From contig NGBS01000583.1 in assembly GCA_002245135.1 (NCBI GenBank), positions 124,001 to 188,000 of the forward strand: a stretch of DNA of 64,000 bases. Reading direction: 5' to 3'. Every line of letters starts with the position of its first letter. The first letter of the stretch is position 1. The notes below the pieces were generated by a model. That model saw only the letters and a list, made by a program, of their open reading frames with translations. It was not told the origin of the DNA and did no database searches. The stretch is from Proteromonas lacertae. Its lineage: Eukaryota. Shown piece by piece: positions 63,668 through 64,000 of this stretch. Position numbers and translations under genes: made by a program.

Positions 63668-64000
63668 ATGGATGATCAACAAAATATTCCTATTCCTGAA
63701 AGTACAGCAACGTAGGTTTTGTGATACTTCAAGTAGTTATGTTGCGTATATTACATTTCTTTATTTTGTTGTAGATATTTAAAGAATAGAGTTCACATCA
63801 GAAATCATCATGATATGGTCCCTATTTACCCATCAGCTGAATATTCATTTCTTATGCCTGCTCCAATATCAATACCAAATGATTTAGGTAGTCTATTGAC
63901 GGTCAGATATTGTCATACATCTTCAAGCAAAGAAAGAAGTGAAATATTATCTCTATCCTGGTCTCCTGGAGGTAGAAGAATAATTAGTGGATCCAAAAAT
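63668..64000 (+). CDS. WDR33/Pfs2-like polyadenylation factor, 5' part only
   Basis: QRRFCDTSSSYVA/YLKNR..HTSSSKERSEILSLSWSPGGRRIISGS resembles the Pfs2/WDR33 N-terminus; intron about 63746-63774; start is 63672, or 63668 with one extra base. Confidence 0.65.

Noticed and set aside
1..64000. Stop-codon reassignment as the cause of fragmented ORFs
   Set aside because: Breaks coincide with short introns or single-base insertions; long ORFs end normally at TAA, TAG or TGA.
1..64000. Stop codons created by polyadenylation, as in Blastocystis
   Set aside because: Every complete gene model has a genomic stop at the expected position; only poly(A) data could show otherwise.
1..64000. tRNA, rRNA, CRISPR or telomeric arrays
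   Set aside because: None recognised by eye; small ncRNAs cannot be excluded without covariance-model searches.

Overview
Gene-dense, very AT-rich eukaryotic nuclear DNA in the standard genetic code. Most genes are split by very short (~25-55 nt) GT-AG introns that usually start GTAT. An axonemal dynein, an Sfi1-like protein, bacterial-type enzymes and the intron style suggest a flagellated, probably low-oxygen protist (a Proteromonas/Blastocystis-type stramenopile is my inference, not shown by the sequence). About 27 protein genes were reconstructed by hand, including four tandem intronless lid-less Hsp70s, two inverted paralog pairs (DyP peroxidases, H+-PPases) and an hAT transposon with an 8-bp TSD inserted into a gene's last codons. 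The most notable signals are: (i) a RING-finger protein ending in two HIND (Hub1/UBL5-binding)-like motifs; (ii) two apparent minor-spliceosome-type introns (AT-AC and AT-AG) sharing the variant donor ATATCATTT; (iii) a head-to-head DyP pair with near-identical catalytic parts but different N-termini, one presequence-like; (iv) a signal-peptide-bearing MEMO1-AMMECR1 fusion; (v) an H+-PPase paralog with degenerate catalytic motifs. Many single-base insertions break genes in the right half of the window and are most likely long-read errors. All gene models and motif matches are by eye; no searches were run.
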